Under the pieces are notes generated by a model. That model was not told where the DNA came from. It saw only the letters and a program-made list of their open reading frames with translations, and searched no databases. Source: Candidatus Aminicenantes bacterium (GTDB lineage Bacteria > Acidobacteriota > Aminicenantia > Aminicenantales > UBA4085). From it: a stretch of DNA of 64,000 nt. Shown in pieces: positions 17,504 to 26,734 of the stretch (positions are counted from its first letter, which is position 1; each line of letters begins with the position of its first letter). Made by a program: the position numbers and the translations under genes. The stretch is from the NCBI GenBank assembly GCA_963783665.1, contig CAWANZ010000007.1, positions 92,793 to 156,792 on the forward strand, read 5' to 3'.

Positions 17504-17884
17504 ATGATAAATTTCATACTCGATCCCAAGAGCGGTGTGCCGTTTTACCGCCAAATCATCGACCAGATCCGCTATGGCATCTCCGCGGGAATCCTCAAGG
17601 TCGGAGAACAGCTCCCCACGGTTCGGGCCCTGGCCGTCGAATTAAAGGTCAATCTCAATACGGTCAATAAGGCCTACAAGGAGCTGGAAATCCAGAATAT
17701 TCTCGAAACCCAGCAGGGCACGGGGACGTTTATCGGCTCCCTCGACTTCAAGATCGCCGACCGCGAGCGTCACGAGAAGCTGACGTCGATTTGCCGGGAG
17801 TTTTTAAGCATCGCTTACAGCTACGGCTTTGATTCGGAAGAAATCATCCATCAGATCAAAGAGCTTAAAGGAGGGAGATCATGA
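17504..17884 (+). CDS. GntR-family (YtrA-like short) transcriptional regulator
   Basis: wHTH GEQLPTVRALAVELKVNLNTVNKAYKELE and a short C-terminal domain. The upstream region has TTGACT-N16-TATATT and a tandem agacaatg-agacaatg at 17455-17470. Confidence 0.85.
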   Translation: MINFILDPKSGVPFYRQIIDQIRYGISAGILKVGEQLPTVRALAVELKVNLNTVNKAYKELEIQNILETQQGTGTFIGSLDFKIADRERHEKLTSICREFLSIAYSYGFDSEEIIHQIKELKGGRS

Positions 17885-18804
17885 GCCTGAGCATCGAAAC
17901 GAAAACGGGGGTCAACTCCATCGCCGTGACCGTTTTTACGATCTTGATCGGCGCGGACATCGCCTTGTTCGTATTAAAAGCCATCGGCCCGGTCACGGCG
18001 GCCGCGGGCTTTGTTTTGGCGACCTTCCTCGCAGCCATGGTCCGGGTCGCCGACCAATGGGAGCGGGCCGTGGTCCTGCGGATGGGGAAATATCGGGGGT
18101 TGAAAGGCCCCGGCCCGTTCCTCCTCATTCCGATCCTCGACCGCGTGGTCAATTACATCGACCAGAGAGTCCGGGTGACAGATTTTTCGGCCGAGGAAAC
18201 CCTGACCAAGGACACCGTCCCGGTGAACGTCGATGCCGTCGTCTACTGGACGGTCTGGGACGTGGAGAAGGCGGCTCTGGAGGTGCAGGATTTCGTCAGC
18301 GCCATCTCTTACATTGCCATGACGGGACTGCGCGACATTATCGGCCGGCACGAGCTGGCCGAGCTTCTCCAGAACCGGGATAAGATTGCCGAAGACCTGC
18401 AGGTTTCGCTCGACCAACACACCAATCCCTGGGGGATCACCTGTCAGACCGTTGGGATCAAGGATATCGTCATCCCCGCCGCTTTAGCCGATGCCATGAG
18501 CAAGCAGGCCCAGGCGGAGCGCGAGCGGCAGGCCCGGATCATCCTCGGGACGGCCGAAACCGAGATCTCCGAGAAATTCTCCATCGCCGCCAGGAATTAC
18601 CGGAACGACCCCGTTGCCCTGCAGCTTCGGGGGATGAACATGCTCTTCGAAGGGCTCAAGGAAAAGGGCTCGCTCATCATCGTCCCGGCTGCGGCTCTGG
18701 AATCGATGAACCTTGGGGCCATCGGCGGATTGGCGGCCCTGGCCGCTCAGGCCGAAAACAAACAGTCCGAGCCGGATCCGGCGGCGGCGAAGGAACCGGC
18801 CTGA
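17881..18804 (+). CDS. SPFH/band-7 (stomatin-like) membrane protein
   Basis: N-terminal hydrophobic hairpin. SPFH core (VVLRMGKY..., DQRV..., TKDTVPVNVDAVVYW) and a coiled-coil AQAERERQARI. Confidence 0.9.
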   Translation: MSLSIETKTGVNSIAVTVFTILIGADIALFVLKAIGPVTAAAGFVLATFLAAMVRVADQWERAVVLRMGKYRGLKGPGPFLLIPILDRVVNYIDQRVRVTDFSAEETLTKDTVPVNVDAVVYWTVWDVEKAALEVQDFVSAISYIAMTGLRDIIGRHELAELLQNRDKIAEDLQVSLDQHTNPWGITCQTVGIKDIVIPAALADAMSKQAQAERERQARIILGTAETEISEKFSIAARNYRNDPVALQLRGMNMLFEGLKEKGSLIIVPAAALESMNLGAIGGLAALAAQAENKQSEPDPAAAKEPA

Positions 18805-18807
18805 AAG

Positions 18808-19035
18808 ATGATCACGCTCGATGGGGAGGACAAGCCGGCCCTTTCCTTGAACATTCGGTTCTTGATCTTCTTGTTCGTAACCTTCGGCTTCTTGTTCCTG
18901 ATTGTCAAAAATTGGATCGCCGTCTTGTTCATTGCTTTGCCCGCCTTGGCCCTGGCGGCCTTCATTCTCAATGCGCTCCGGGAGAAAATCAGGCCGAAAT
19001 TTCACCGTTTCTCGAAGGAAGCGAAAAAGAAATAA
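18808..19035 (+). CDS. small two-TM membrane protein, hypothetical
   Basis: Hydrophobic 75-aa ORF 3 nt after the SPFH gene. Confidence 0.5.
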   Translation: MITLDGEDKPALSLNIRFLIFLFVTFGFLFLIVKNWIAVLFIALPALALAAFILNALREKIRPKFHRFSKEAKKK

Positions 19036-19068
19036 TTGCGTTTTCCGTCCATCCCCATGAATCGATCG

Positions 19069-19434
19069 TTAGGCCGTCGCCGGCGGGTCGTCCGTCTCCA
19101 TCTCGATTTTTTCGAGGATGAGCTCCAGGCCGTGGACGATCTCCGGGTCGGACGAGCCGCAGGCCGGGCAGGTCGGAACGAAATCGTCCCGGACGGATTC
19201 GTTGCCGCAAGCCCGACAGCGGACGGTGAACGGCGGTTTGACCGTGGTCAGAATGGCCTCTTCGGCGATCGTCCCCTTTTTGTAGGCATCGAAGGCGCTC
19301 TCGAGAAGCTCGGGAACAACCCCGGCTAAGGCCCCGACCTGGATCTTCACCCCGGTGATGCGCTTGGCCTTATGAACGCGAGCCTGATCGAGCAGCGTCT
19401 CGAACATCGAGGCGACCAGCGAAAGCTCATGCAC
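19069..19434 (-). CDS. hypA: hydrogenase nickel-insertion protein HypA
   Basis: (GTG)HELSLVASM... N-terminus and a CxxC...CxxC zinc site (CRACGN, CPACGS). The start was moved to GTG 19434. Confidence 0.9.
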   Translation of the reverse strand: MHELSLVASMFETLLDQARVHKAKRITGVKIQVGALAGVVPELLESAFDAYKKGTIAEEAILTTVKPPFTVRCRACGNESVRDDFVPTCPACGSSDPEIVHGLELILEKIEMETDDPPATA

Positions 19435-20095
19435 GAGAGACGATCTCCCGGCGGGCTTTGAGAAGGAAGGCGACAAACTCGTCCATTCCCTCGCCGCTTA
19501 CGGCCGAGACGACGAACACCCGGAGCTTCGGATTGAGGGCTAAGGCCTCGGCTTTGGCCTTCTCGATGTCGAAGGGCAGATACGGCCGGAGGTCGGCCTT
19601 GGACAGGAGAAGGACGTCGGCCGTGGTAAAGGCCTTGGGGTATTTTTTCGGTTTGTCGTCGCCCTCGGGGGTCGACAGGAGAACGATCCGGAGCCGCTCG
19701 CCCAGGTCGTATCCGGCCGGGCAGACCAGGTTTCCGACGTTTTCAATGAACAGGAAGTCGATGTCTGTCGGAACTTCGGGGAGAACCTTCCCGATCATCT
19801 TGGCTTCAAGGTGGCAGGCCCCGCCGGTCGTGATTTGCCAGGCCGGCACGCCCTTGGCCCGGATGCGCTCGGCGTCCCGCTCGGTTTCGATGTCGCCCTC
19901 GATCACGGCGATTCGAGCGAGGCCCTTGAAACGGTCGGCCAGAGCCTCAAGCAGCGTTGTTTTCCCGGCGCCCGGGGAGCTCAGGAGATTGACGGCCAGA
20001 ATACCGCGCGTTTCGAGCTCCCGGCGGATAGCCGCGGCCGTTTGGGCGTTGCCGAGGAGAATGTCCTGAAGAACGAAGACGTCTTTTTTAGTCAT
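19427..20095 (-). CDS. hypB: hydrogenase nickel-incorporation GTPase HypB
   Basis: P-loop SSPGAGKTTLL, ENVGNLVCPA and SKADL motifs. Start at MTKKDVFV. Confidence 0.9.
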   Translation of the reverse strand: MTKKDVFVLQDILLGNAQTAAAIRRELETRGILAVNLLSSPGAGKTTLLEALADRFKGLARIAVIEGDIETERDAERIRAKGVPAWQITTGGACHLEAKMIGKVLPEVPTDIDFLFIENVGNLVCPAGYDLGERLRIVLLSTPEGDDKPKKYPKAFTTADVLLLSKADLRPYLPFDIEKAKAEALALNPKLRVFVVSAVSGEGMDEFVAFLLKARREIVSRA

Positions 20096-20127
20096 TTGAT
20101 AACCGCCGGCTTCATTATAGCGGAGCT

Positions 20128-20616
20128 TTAGTCGTTTTTCAGAAATTCGCCGAGAATCCGCTCGGCCTCGGCCAAGCTCTGTTCCCCTTCGGCCGAGAGG
20201 CCTTCGGCGAAATCCCATTCCGTGCCCCGGATCTTGAGGAGAAATCCCGCCGGGGCCTTCCCGTAAAGCTCTTCCGTAAGGGCCAGGACCGAGGCGGGAG
20301 ACATTTCGTGAGTGGTGAAGGAGATGGAAGCCGCCGGTTCGAGCGGGGCGAGGCCGGCCGGGGCCGCGAGATCAAGCGCCGCGTCGGCGAAGATGACCCG
20401 GTCGTAATCGCCGACGGTTGCCGCGTCTTCGATGTTCAATTGGTACGTCCAGAAGGCTTCGACCGGCCTGGCCGAAGAAGGGGCGGCGAGGGAAGCCGTG
20501 ATGTCGACAACGGCGCGTTCCGGCGGGCGCATGCCTGCCAGCCGCTCGACCAGGGCAGGTCCGAGCCCGTCGTCCCGGCGGCCCGGATTTCCGACCCCGA
20601 CGAGGAGCGTTCTCAC
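20128..20616 (-). CDS. hoxW: hydrogenase maturation endopeptidase (HoxW/HycI family)
   Basis: LLVGVGNPGRRDDGLG motif. 4-nt overlap with hoxH. Confidence 0.85.
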   Translation of the reverse strand: MRTLLVGVGNPGRRDDGLGPALVERLAGMRPPERAVVDITASLAAPSSARPVEAFWTYQLNIEDAATVGDYDRVIFADAALDLAAPAGLAPLEPAASISFTTHEMSPASVLALTEELYGKAPAGFLLKIRGTEWDFAEGLSAEGEQSLAEAERILGEFLKND

Positions 20617-22061
20617 CGCGTTTTGCGGTCGATTAATTCCCCGGCGGCGTTGTAAAGCTCGACGGCCAGGGGCATCCGGCCGAGGGCGTGGGTCGCGCAG
20701 GACAGGCAGGGGTCATACGCCCGGATGGCGATCTCGACCCGGTTGAGCATGCCTTCGGTGATCTCCGTCTTCCCGCTGATGACGTTTTGGGCCACCCAGC
20801 CGACCGCCCGGTTCATCGGTTCGTTGTTGTTCGTCGTCGAGACGATGAGGTTGGCCATGGAGATTTGGTCGTTTTCGTCCACCTGGTAGTGGTGGAACAG
20901 CGTCCCCCGGGGCGCTTCGATAAGGCCCACACCCTCGTCGCGCTTTTTGCCCTTGCGGACGAGCTCGGTTTTTTGCAGGTCGGGATCGAGCAGAAGGCTC
21001 TTGATGACTTCGCCGCTGTGGAGCAGCTCGATCAGCCGGGCCCAGTGCATGTGCAGCGACATATGGTTGGGCTTGCCGCCGGTATACGCCCGGAAGACCT
21101 CGAATTGCTTCTGGGCCCGCGGCGTCGGAATGAAGTCGCAGACGCTCAACCGGGCCAGCGGCCCGACCCGGTACCAGCCCTCGGCTTTGCCCAGGAACTT
21201 AAGGTACGGGAACTTCATGTAAGACCAGGTCCGGACTTCCTCGCCGATGTATTTAAGGTAGTCCCGGTAGTCGACGTCGTCGAGGATCCGCTTCCCGTCG
21301 GCGTCGACGGCCCGCAGGGCACCGTGGTAGAAGTCCAGCGCGCCGTCCTTGCGGACGAGGCTGAGGTGGTTGCTCGGAAAGGCGGCGAAGCCGTCCATGA
21401 GGTCGCGATTCTTGGAATGATAGTCCTTCAGAAACTCGACCGCTTCTTCCGCCCAGTCGATCATCGTGTCGACGTCGTAGGGGGCGGGGCCCTTGAGAAG
21501 TGCGTCTCGCTCCTCGATCGTTAGGTTCTTGTTGATCCCTCCCGGAATGGCCCCGGTCCCGTGGATTTTCTTCCCGGCCGTCGCCAGGATGACTTCCTGG
21601 CCGTATTTCCGGAGCAGCACGGCCCGGGTGGCCAGCTCCCGGTTCGTCAGGATGATGCCGATGACGTTGCGAGTGGCCGGGTCGGCGTCCGCCCCGAAGA
21701 GCAGGTCGGGCGCGGCCAGGTGGAAGAAGTGGAGGGCATGGGACTGGAACATCTGGCCGTAATGCATGAGCCGGCGCATCTTTTCGGCGGTCGGGGAGAG
21801 GCCGTCGGCTTCGACGCCGACGACCTGATCCATGGCCTTCGCCGCGGCCAGGTGATGGCTGACCGGACAGATGCCGCATAGGCGCTGGACGAGGACCGGA
21901 GCCTCCCAGTACGGCCGCCCCTGGACGAAGCGCTCGAAGCCGCGGAATTCGACGATATGGAGGCGGCTTTCGGAGACGTTGTTCTTGTCGTCGAGGCGGA
22001 TCGTGACTTTGCCGTGGCCTTCGACTCGGGTGACGGGTTCGATGACGATTTTTCTGGCCAT
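20613..22061 (-). CDS. hoxH: [NiFe] hydrogenase large subunit, NAD(P)-linked bidirectional type (group 3d-like)
   Basis: RVEGHG, N-terminal ligand motif RLCGICPVSH and C-terminal DPCLSCATH. Confidence 0.93.
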   Translation of the reverse strand: MARKIVIEPVTRVEGHGKVTIRLDDKNNVSESRLHIVEFRGFERFVQGRPYWEAPVLVQRLCGICPVSHHLAAAKAMDQVVGVEADGLSPTAEKMRRLMHYGQMFQSHALHFFHLAAPDLLFGADADPATRNVIGIILTNRELATRAVLLRKYGQEVILATAGKKIHGTGAIPGGINKNLTIEERDALLKGPAPYDVDTMIDWAEEAVEFLKDYHSKNRDLMDGFAAFPSNHLSLVRKDGALDFYHGALRAVDADGKRILDDVDYRDYLKYIGEEVRTWSYMKFPYLKFLGKAEGWYRVGPLARLSVCDFIPTPRAQKQFEVFRAYTGGKPNHMSLHMHWARLIELLHSGEVIKSLLLDPDLQKTELVRKGKKRDEGVGLIEAPRGTLFHHYQVDENDQISMANLIVSTTNNNEPMNRAVGWVAQNVISGKTEITEGMLNRVEIAIRAYDPCLSCATHALGRMPLAVELYNAAGELIDRKTR

Positions 22062-22071
22062 GGGATTCCTC

Positions 22072-22620
22072 TTAGTCGAATTTCAGGAGGGTATAGGGGA
22101 TTTCGAGCGGCTTGCCCTCCAGCAGCGACGTCAGGGCCTTCCAAATCAAGTCGGCCGAGGGCGGGCAGCCCGGGAGGTAGGCGTCGATTTTCACGATTTC
22201 ATGCAGGGGGTAAACCTTGTCCAGGATGATTGGCAGGTCCTCGTCGCCCGGCATGATCTGAGGATCCGCCGGGTCGATCGTCGGGGAGTGGAAATACGCC
22301 TCCTCCAGGCATTCCCGGACGGGGATGCCGTTGCGCATCGCCGGCAGGCCGCCCATGATGGCGCACTCACCGAGCGAAATCAGAACCTTGCAGTGCTTGC
22401 GGAACTCCCGGAGGACTTCCACGTTTTCGCTGTTGCAGCAGCCGCCTTCGATGATCCCGACGTCCACCGGCTTGGTGAACGTTTTGATGTCATCGATGGG
22501 CGACTTGTTGAACTCGACGAGGTCGACGAGGGCGAGAATCCGCTCGTCGATGTCCAGGAACGACATATGGCAGCCGAAGCAGCCGGCCAGCGAGGCGGTG
22601 GCGATGATGGGCTTGCTCAT
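22072..22620 (-). CDS. hoxY: [NiFe] hydrogenase small subunit (HoxY, short type)
   Basis: SLAGCFGCHMS proximal-cluster motif. 182 aa, as in soluble Hox enzymes. Confidence 0.9.
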   Translation of the reverse strand: MSKPIIATASLAGCFGCHMSFLDIDERILALVDLVEFNKSPIDDIKTFTKPVDVGIIEGGCCNSENVEVLREFRKHCKVLISLGECAIMGGLPAMRNGIPVRECLEEAYFHSPTIDPADPQIMPGDEDLPIILDKVYPLHEIVKIDAYLPGCPPSADLIWKALTSLLEGKPLEIPYTLLKFD

Positions 22621-22630
22621 GGTCTCCTCC

Positions 22631-23344
22631 TCAGCCTTTGGCCTTCTCGATGTCGCTGCCGATCGGGGCTTTATCGAATTTCCTCTTGCCTATGGGGACA
22701 ACGAAGCCGACTTCCTTTTTCAGGATCGAGCCGACCGGGCAACGGTCCATAGCCTGACGGGCCTGCTTTTCCGGAAGGGCCGAGGCCAGGGCGGGGTCCA
22801 CGGCGATTTTCTTGTCGCGGGACCGCTTCAAGGCCCCGAAAACGGCTTTGTTGTCCCGGGTCCGGACGCCCCGCACGCAGCGCAGGCACTTGACGCAGCG
22901 GTTGTGCTCGAGAAGGATCTTTTTGCCGGCCGGTTCGACGTGGCGGACGGGAAACTGGTAGGGGAAGCGGGGGGCGAGCATCTGGAACCGGTAGGCGAGA
23001 GCCTGAAGCTCACAATTCCCGCTCTTTTCGCAGGTCGGGCACATGTGGTTGCCTTCGACAAACAGCATCTCGATGAGGGCCTTGCGCATATCCTGGAGGT
23101 CGGGGACGTCGTTTTCCACGGCCATGCCTTCGGCCGCGGGCTGGGTGCAGGCGGCCATGTAACGGCCGCCGACCCGGACAGTGCAGACGCGGCAGGCGCC
23201 GGCCGACTTCATGCCCTCCCAGTAGCAGAGGGAGGGGATATAGATCCCGCCGGCCCGGGCCGCGGCCAGGATGGTCTGGCCGGGAACGGCTTGGCATTTC
23301 TTGCCGTCGACGGTGAAGCTAATGACGGGCTTGCTCTTACTCAT
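22631..23344 (-). CDS. hoxU: diaphorase subunit HoxU (NuoG N-terminal-like, 2Fe-2S + 4Fe-4S)
   Basis: Plant-type ferredoxin N-terminus (CYWEG...CRVC). Cluster motifs CPTCEKSGNCELQ and CVKCLRCVRG. Confidence 0.9.
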   Translation of the reverse strand: MSKSKPVISFTVDGKKCQAVPGQTILAAARAGGIYIPSLCYWEGMKSAGACRVCTVRVGGRYMAACTQPAAEGMAVENDVPDLQDMRKALIEMLFVEGNHMCPTCEKSGNCELQALAYRFQMLAPRFPYQFPVRHVEPAGKKILLEHNRCVKCLRCVRGVRTRDNKAVFGALKRSRDKKIAVDPALASALPEKQARQAMDRCPVGSILKKEVGFVVPIGKRKFDKAPIGSDIEKAKG

Positions 23345-25160
23345 GGCGGGTCTCCGGGTTGTGGGAGATCAATTTTTGGCCGGTGACGGCCGAAGCGGCC
23401 TTGACCGACTCGGCCAGGTCGAACTCGGGCACGAAGGCCTTGGCCTGGTCGACCTTGGATGCGTACATCTCCCGGAAGTTTTGAATTGTCGTTAAAATGG
23501 GGTTGGGCGAGGTCTGTCCGAGGCCGCAGCGGCTCATGGCCTTGATCGTCTTGCCCCAAGCTTCCATCTCGGCGATATCGGAGGGCGTGCCCTTCCCGGC
23601 CATGATCTTTTCCAGCTTCCGGAGAAGAAGCGGATTTCCCGCCCGGCAGGGGACGCACCAGCCGCAGGATTCCTCGACGAAGAATTCCATGAAGTTGTGG
23701 ACGATTTCAAACAGGTCGCGTTGCGGGCCGATGACGATGATCGATCCGCCCGTGGCCAGGTCCTCGAAGCCGATCGCCCGGTCGAACTGGCCCCGGGAGA
23801 TGCACGTCCCGGAAGGCCCGCCGACCTGGACGGCCCGGGCATCCGAGCCGCCGGCCATTTCCAGGAGCTTGCGGATGGTCAGACCAAAGGGGATTTCATA
23901 GACGCCGGGCTTTTTACAATCGCCGGAGACGCTCAGGACCTTTGTTCCGGCCGAGCGGGCCGTCCCCATCTCTTTGAACCAGGACGCGCCTTTTTCCATG
24001 ATCCGGGCGGCCGCGCAGAGCGTTTCGACGTTGTTGACCGTCGTCGGGAGGAAACGGTATCCGGATGAAACGGGGAAGGGCGGTCGGTCGCGCGGCTCGC
24101 CGCGCTCTCCTTGGGCCGATTGGAGCAGGGCCGATTCCTCGCCGCAGATATAGGCGCCGGCGCCGAGTCTGATCGTGATGTCGAAGGAAAATCCGGGTTT
24201 TCCGGCGATTTTCTTTCCCAGGACGCTCTTCTTCCGGAGGTCGGCCAGGACTTTCTGAAGATACGGCAGGAGGTAGGCGTACTCGGCCCGGAGGTAGAGC
24301 ACCCCTTCCTTGGCTCCGATGGCGTATCCGGCCACGGCCATGCCTTCGAACAGGAGGTGGGGCCGTTCTGTCAGGATGACCCGGTCCTTGAAGGTCCCGG
24401 GTTCGCCCTCGTCGGCATTGCAGACGACATAATGGGCCTCGCCTTTTTCCCGGCGACAGAACTCCCATTTGAGCCCGGTCGGGAATCCGGCCCCGCCGCG
24501 GCCGAGAAGGTTGGCTTTCTTGACCTCGGCGATGACACCGTCGGGGGTCAGCTTGACGGCCTTTTTAACGGCCGCCCCGGAGCGGAAGGGCGCCAGGACG
24601 ACCGGGCCCTCTTTCCGGATGTTGTTTTTGACCATGGCCCGGACGAGCTTCGAAGCGTTGGCTCCGTCCCCGAAGGAAGCGACCATCGCCGCCGGGTCCA
24701 TCCCGGCCTTCATCCCTTCGACGATGACCCGGGCCTTGGCCGGGGTCAGGTTGGTGAAAACGACGCCGTTGACAAGGGCCGAGGGTTCCTGATCGTTCAT
24801 CCCGATGCAGGAGGTCCGGTGGAGCCCGATCCGGCCGTCGGGCGTCGTTTCCCCGAACGCGCAGCCGGCGGCTTTTTCGAAGGCCGCGGCCACCGCCGCC
24901 CGGCCTTTCATGACGGAGACGATGTTGTCGTTGAGGTAGACGGCATAGGTCCCGGCGGGGCGGGCCGAGAAGAAATGATAGAAGGTCGCCACACCTTCAA
25001 CTTCGACGGTGGAAAGGCCGAGCCCGCCGGCGATTTCGGCGACGGCTGCGGGCGATATGCACCCGGCCTGCGCCTGGATGTCCCGGAGGACGTCGATAAG
25101 GCGAGCGCGGTCGTGTCGGTGGCGGCTGAGGACGGCGGCGACAAGTCCCTTGGACGGCAT
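23337..25160 (-). CDS. hoxF: diaphorase subunit HoxF (NuoE-like N-domain fused to NuoF core)
   Basis: FMN/NADH region GRGGAGFPTGLKWEF and 4Fe-4S motif ESCGWCVPCR. The N-terminal NuoE-like domain lacks the usual Cys pairs. Start at MPSKGLV with a GGAGG RBS. Confidence 0.9.
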   Translation of the reverse strand: MPSKGLVAAVLSRHRHDRARLIDVLRDIQAQAGCISPAAVAEIAGGLGLSTVEVEGVATFYHFFSARPAGTYAVYLNDNIVSVMKGRAAVAAAFEKAAGCAFGETTPDGRIGLHRTSCIGMNDQEPSALVNGVVFTNLTPAKARVIVEGMKAGMDPAAMVASFGDGANASKLVRAMVKNNIRKEGPVVLAPFRSGAAVKKAVKLTPDGVIAEVKKANLLGRGGAGFPTGLKWEFCRREKGEAHYVVCNADEGEPGTFKDRVILTERPHLLFEGMAVAGYAIGAKEGVLYLRAEYAYLLPYLQKVLADLRKKSVLGKKIAGKPGFSFDITIRLGAGAYICGEESALLQSAQGERGEPRDRPPFPVSSGYRFLPTTVNNVETLCAAARIMEKGASWFKEMGTARSAGTKVLSVSGDCKKPGVYEIPFGLTIRKLLEMAGGSDARAVQVGGPSGTCISRGQFDRAIGFEDLATGGSIIVIGPQRDLFEIVHNFMEFFVEESCGWCVPCRAGNPLLLRKLEKIMAGKGTPSDIAEMEAWGKTIKAMSRCGLGQTSPNPILTTIQNFREMYASKVDQAKAFVPEFDLAESVKAASAVTGQKLISHNPETRHE

Positions 25161-25348
25161 AAGTACCTCCCTGAATCGGGGGATGAGATATAAAGAAAGG
25201 ATTTTATAGCACAAGAGAGAGCCGGACTCAAACGAATCCGGGGGTTGCCGGAAGAACCGGAGAGATGCGGAAGGGCTTGCCTTTTCGTTGGGACTTAGAT
25301 TAAAATCCTGATAGTGAGAATGCCGACCTATTGCCGGGAGGAGGAATC

Positions 25349-26035
25349 ATGAAGAAAAAGATCATTTATGTCCTTGGGCTTTGTCTTCTCGTGTTCACGT
25401 TCCAGAGCTGTTCTTCGAAACCCGAAGAATCCCTGCTGAAGAGCTATTTTAATGCCATCAGCATGAACGACATCCAGACCATGTCCTCAATGGCCGTCGA
25501 CCCGTTGAAAATCGAGGCCGACAGCTGGAAGATCGTTCAAGCCAGCGAAGAACGGATCATCCCGGCCACGCTTCGGGAAATGAACCAGCAGGAACTCGAC
25601 CTGAAAAAGCAGTGGGAGGCGAGTTCAGGCCCGGCCCTCGATGCCCAGGACACCCTGAATGCGGCCAAGGACGCCTATACCGCCGCCCGCTCAGGCGCCG
25701 CCCGAGCCGCCGCCAAGATCAAACAGGACGAGGCCCAGAAAAAGTTTGACGAGGCCTACACCGCCAACCGTTCCCTCGTGAAACAGTACAACGACGCTAA
25801 GGAAGCGGCCTCCAAGGAAGAGGAAAAGATGGCGTTTTCCCTTGGCATTAAACAGCTTCCCAATATCCGGGAACTGACCGGCGAGATCGCCGCCAAGGAC
25901 CTCGAAATCGAAGTGATGAAGGACGGCCAGGCAAAGCGGATCAAGCTCCTCATGGAAAAGTACACCATGAAAGACGAAGCGGCTGGTCTCGTCCATCGCG
26001 GACGCTGGGTTATCTCGAAATTCGAGACCGTCTGA
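25349..26035 (+). CDS. lipoprotein, hypothetical
   Basis: MKKKIIYVLGLCLLVFTFQSC lipobox and a GGAGG RBS. Coiled-coil-like middle region. Confidence 0.65.
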   Translation: MKKKIIYVLGLCLLVFTFQSCSSKPEESLLKSYFNAISMNDIQTMSSMAVDPLKIEADSWKIVQASEERIIPATLREMNQQELDLKKQWEASSGPALDAQDTLNAAKDAYTAARSGAARAAAKIKQDEAQKKFDEAYTANRSLVKQYNDAKEAASKEEEKMAFSLGIKQLPNIRELTGEIAAKDLEIEVMKDGQAKRIKLLMEKYTMKDEAAGLVHRGRWVISKFETV

Positions 26036-26061
26036 TCCTCTAGCACCTCCCGAGATCATAC

Positions 26062-26100
26062 TCCCCCTAGCCCTCCGGGGATAGGGGGATTTCCATTTTC
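26062..26100 (+). terminator. intrinsic terminator after the lipoprotein gene
   Basis: tcccccta-N12-taggggga stem followed by tttccatttt. Confidence 0.5.
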
Positions 26101-26159
26101 TGGCGATGATTTCCTTGACTCCCCGGGCCGATTCGGCTATAACTAGTGCTCGTTTTTAG

Positions 26160-26232
26160 GGGCCGATAGCTCAGCTGGTAGAGCACCGCCCTTTTAAGGC
26201 GGGTGTCGCGGGTTCGAATCCCGCTCGGCTCA
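26160..26232 (+). tRNA. tRNA-Lys (anticodon TTT)
   Basis: Manual cloverleaf: acceptor GGGCCGA/TCGGCTC, anticodon loop CTTTTAA, T-loop GGTTCGAATCC. No encoded CCA. Confidence 0.9.
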
Positions 26233-26244
26233 TATCGGTTTTAC

Positions 26245-26317
26245 GCCCCTGTCGTCTAGAGGCCCAGGACACCGCCCTTTCACGGCAGCAACACGGGTTC
26301 GAATCCCGTCGGGGGCG
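26245..26317 (+). tRNA. tRNA-Glu (anticodon TTC)
   Basis: Acceptor GCCCCTG/CGGGGGC, anticodon loop CTTTCAC, T-loop GGTTCGAATCC. One C-A mismatch in the anticodon stem. Confidence 0.85.
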
Positions 26318-26324
26318 TTCTTCC

Positions 26325-26439
26325 TTGAGAGGGAACCCAAATTGAGGGTTCCCTCTCAACGCACCGGTTCTGCATCCTGCACGAACCGGTCGCTGCTCAC
26401 CCTCTGCTGTGGCATCCCTCCATGACCCTCCGTAGGGTG
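26325..26439 (+). repeat. tRNA-trailer repeat, copy 1 (double hairpin plus gctgctcaccctc...ccatgaccc module)
   Basis: ttgagagggaaccc-loop-gggttccctctcaa, then caccggttctgca-tcc-tgca(c)gaaccggt, then gctgctcaccctc...tccatgaccctc. About 115 bp recur after tRNA-Val. Confidence 0.85.
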
Positions 26440-26445
26440 GATGAC

Positions 26446-26710
26446 GCCCAGCTTGCGGAGCGAGCCGAGGCAAATCCCACACGAGCTTTGCGAGTCGGGG
26501 CACACACCATGATAGCCGTTACGGATTTCTGTTTGGGCTTCGTTCGCTGCTCACCCTCTGAAGCCTTACTCGCCTTGCGAGTCCAGGCAAATCCTACGCG
26601 ACGTTTCGGAGCCAGGGTGATGCCCAGCTTGCGGAGCGAGCCGAGGCAAATCCCACACGAGCCTTGCGAATCGGGGCACACCCCATGATAGCCGTTAGGA
26701 ATTTGTTTGG
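26446..26710 (+). repeat. two ~90-bp near-identical direct repeats, 176 bp apart
   Basis: 26446-26536 and 26622-26710 share gcccagcttgcggagcgagccgaggcaaatcccacacgagcYttgcgaRtcggggcacacMccatgatagccgtta. They differ at a handful of positions. Each is followed by cgctSctcaccc. Confidence 0.85.
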
Positions 26711-26734
26711 ATTTCTTTCGCTCCTCACCCATAT

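Noticed and set aside
26391-26730. A possible CRISPR array in the repeat-rich DNA after tRNA-Glu.
   Set aside because: The repeats are ~90 bp with a 176-bp period and nested sub-repeats. They are not 25-40-bp units with unique spacers of similar size, only two full copies exist, and there are no cas genes.
26171-26732. ORFs 26171..26503(-), 26397..26732(-) and 26422..26688(+) as protein-coding genes.
   Set aside because: They run through two tRNA genes or through the repeat units, have no RBS or family similarity, and their length is explained by the repeats.
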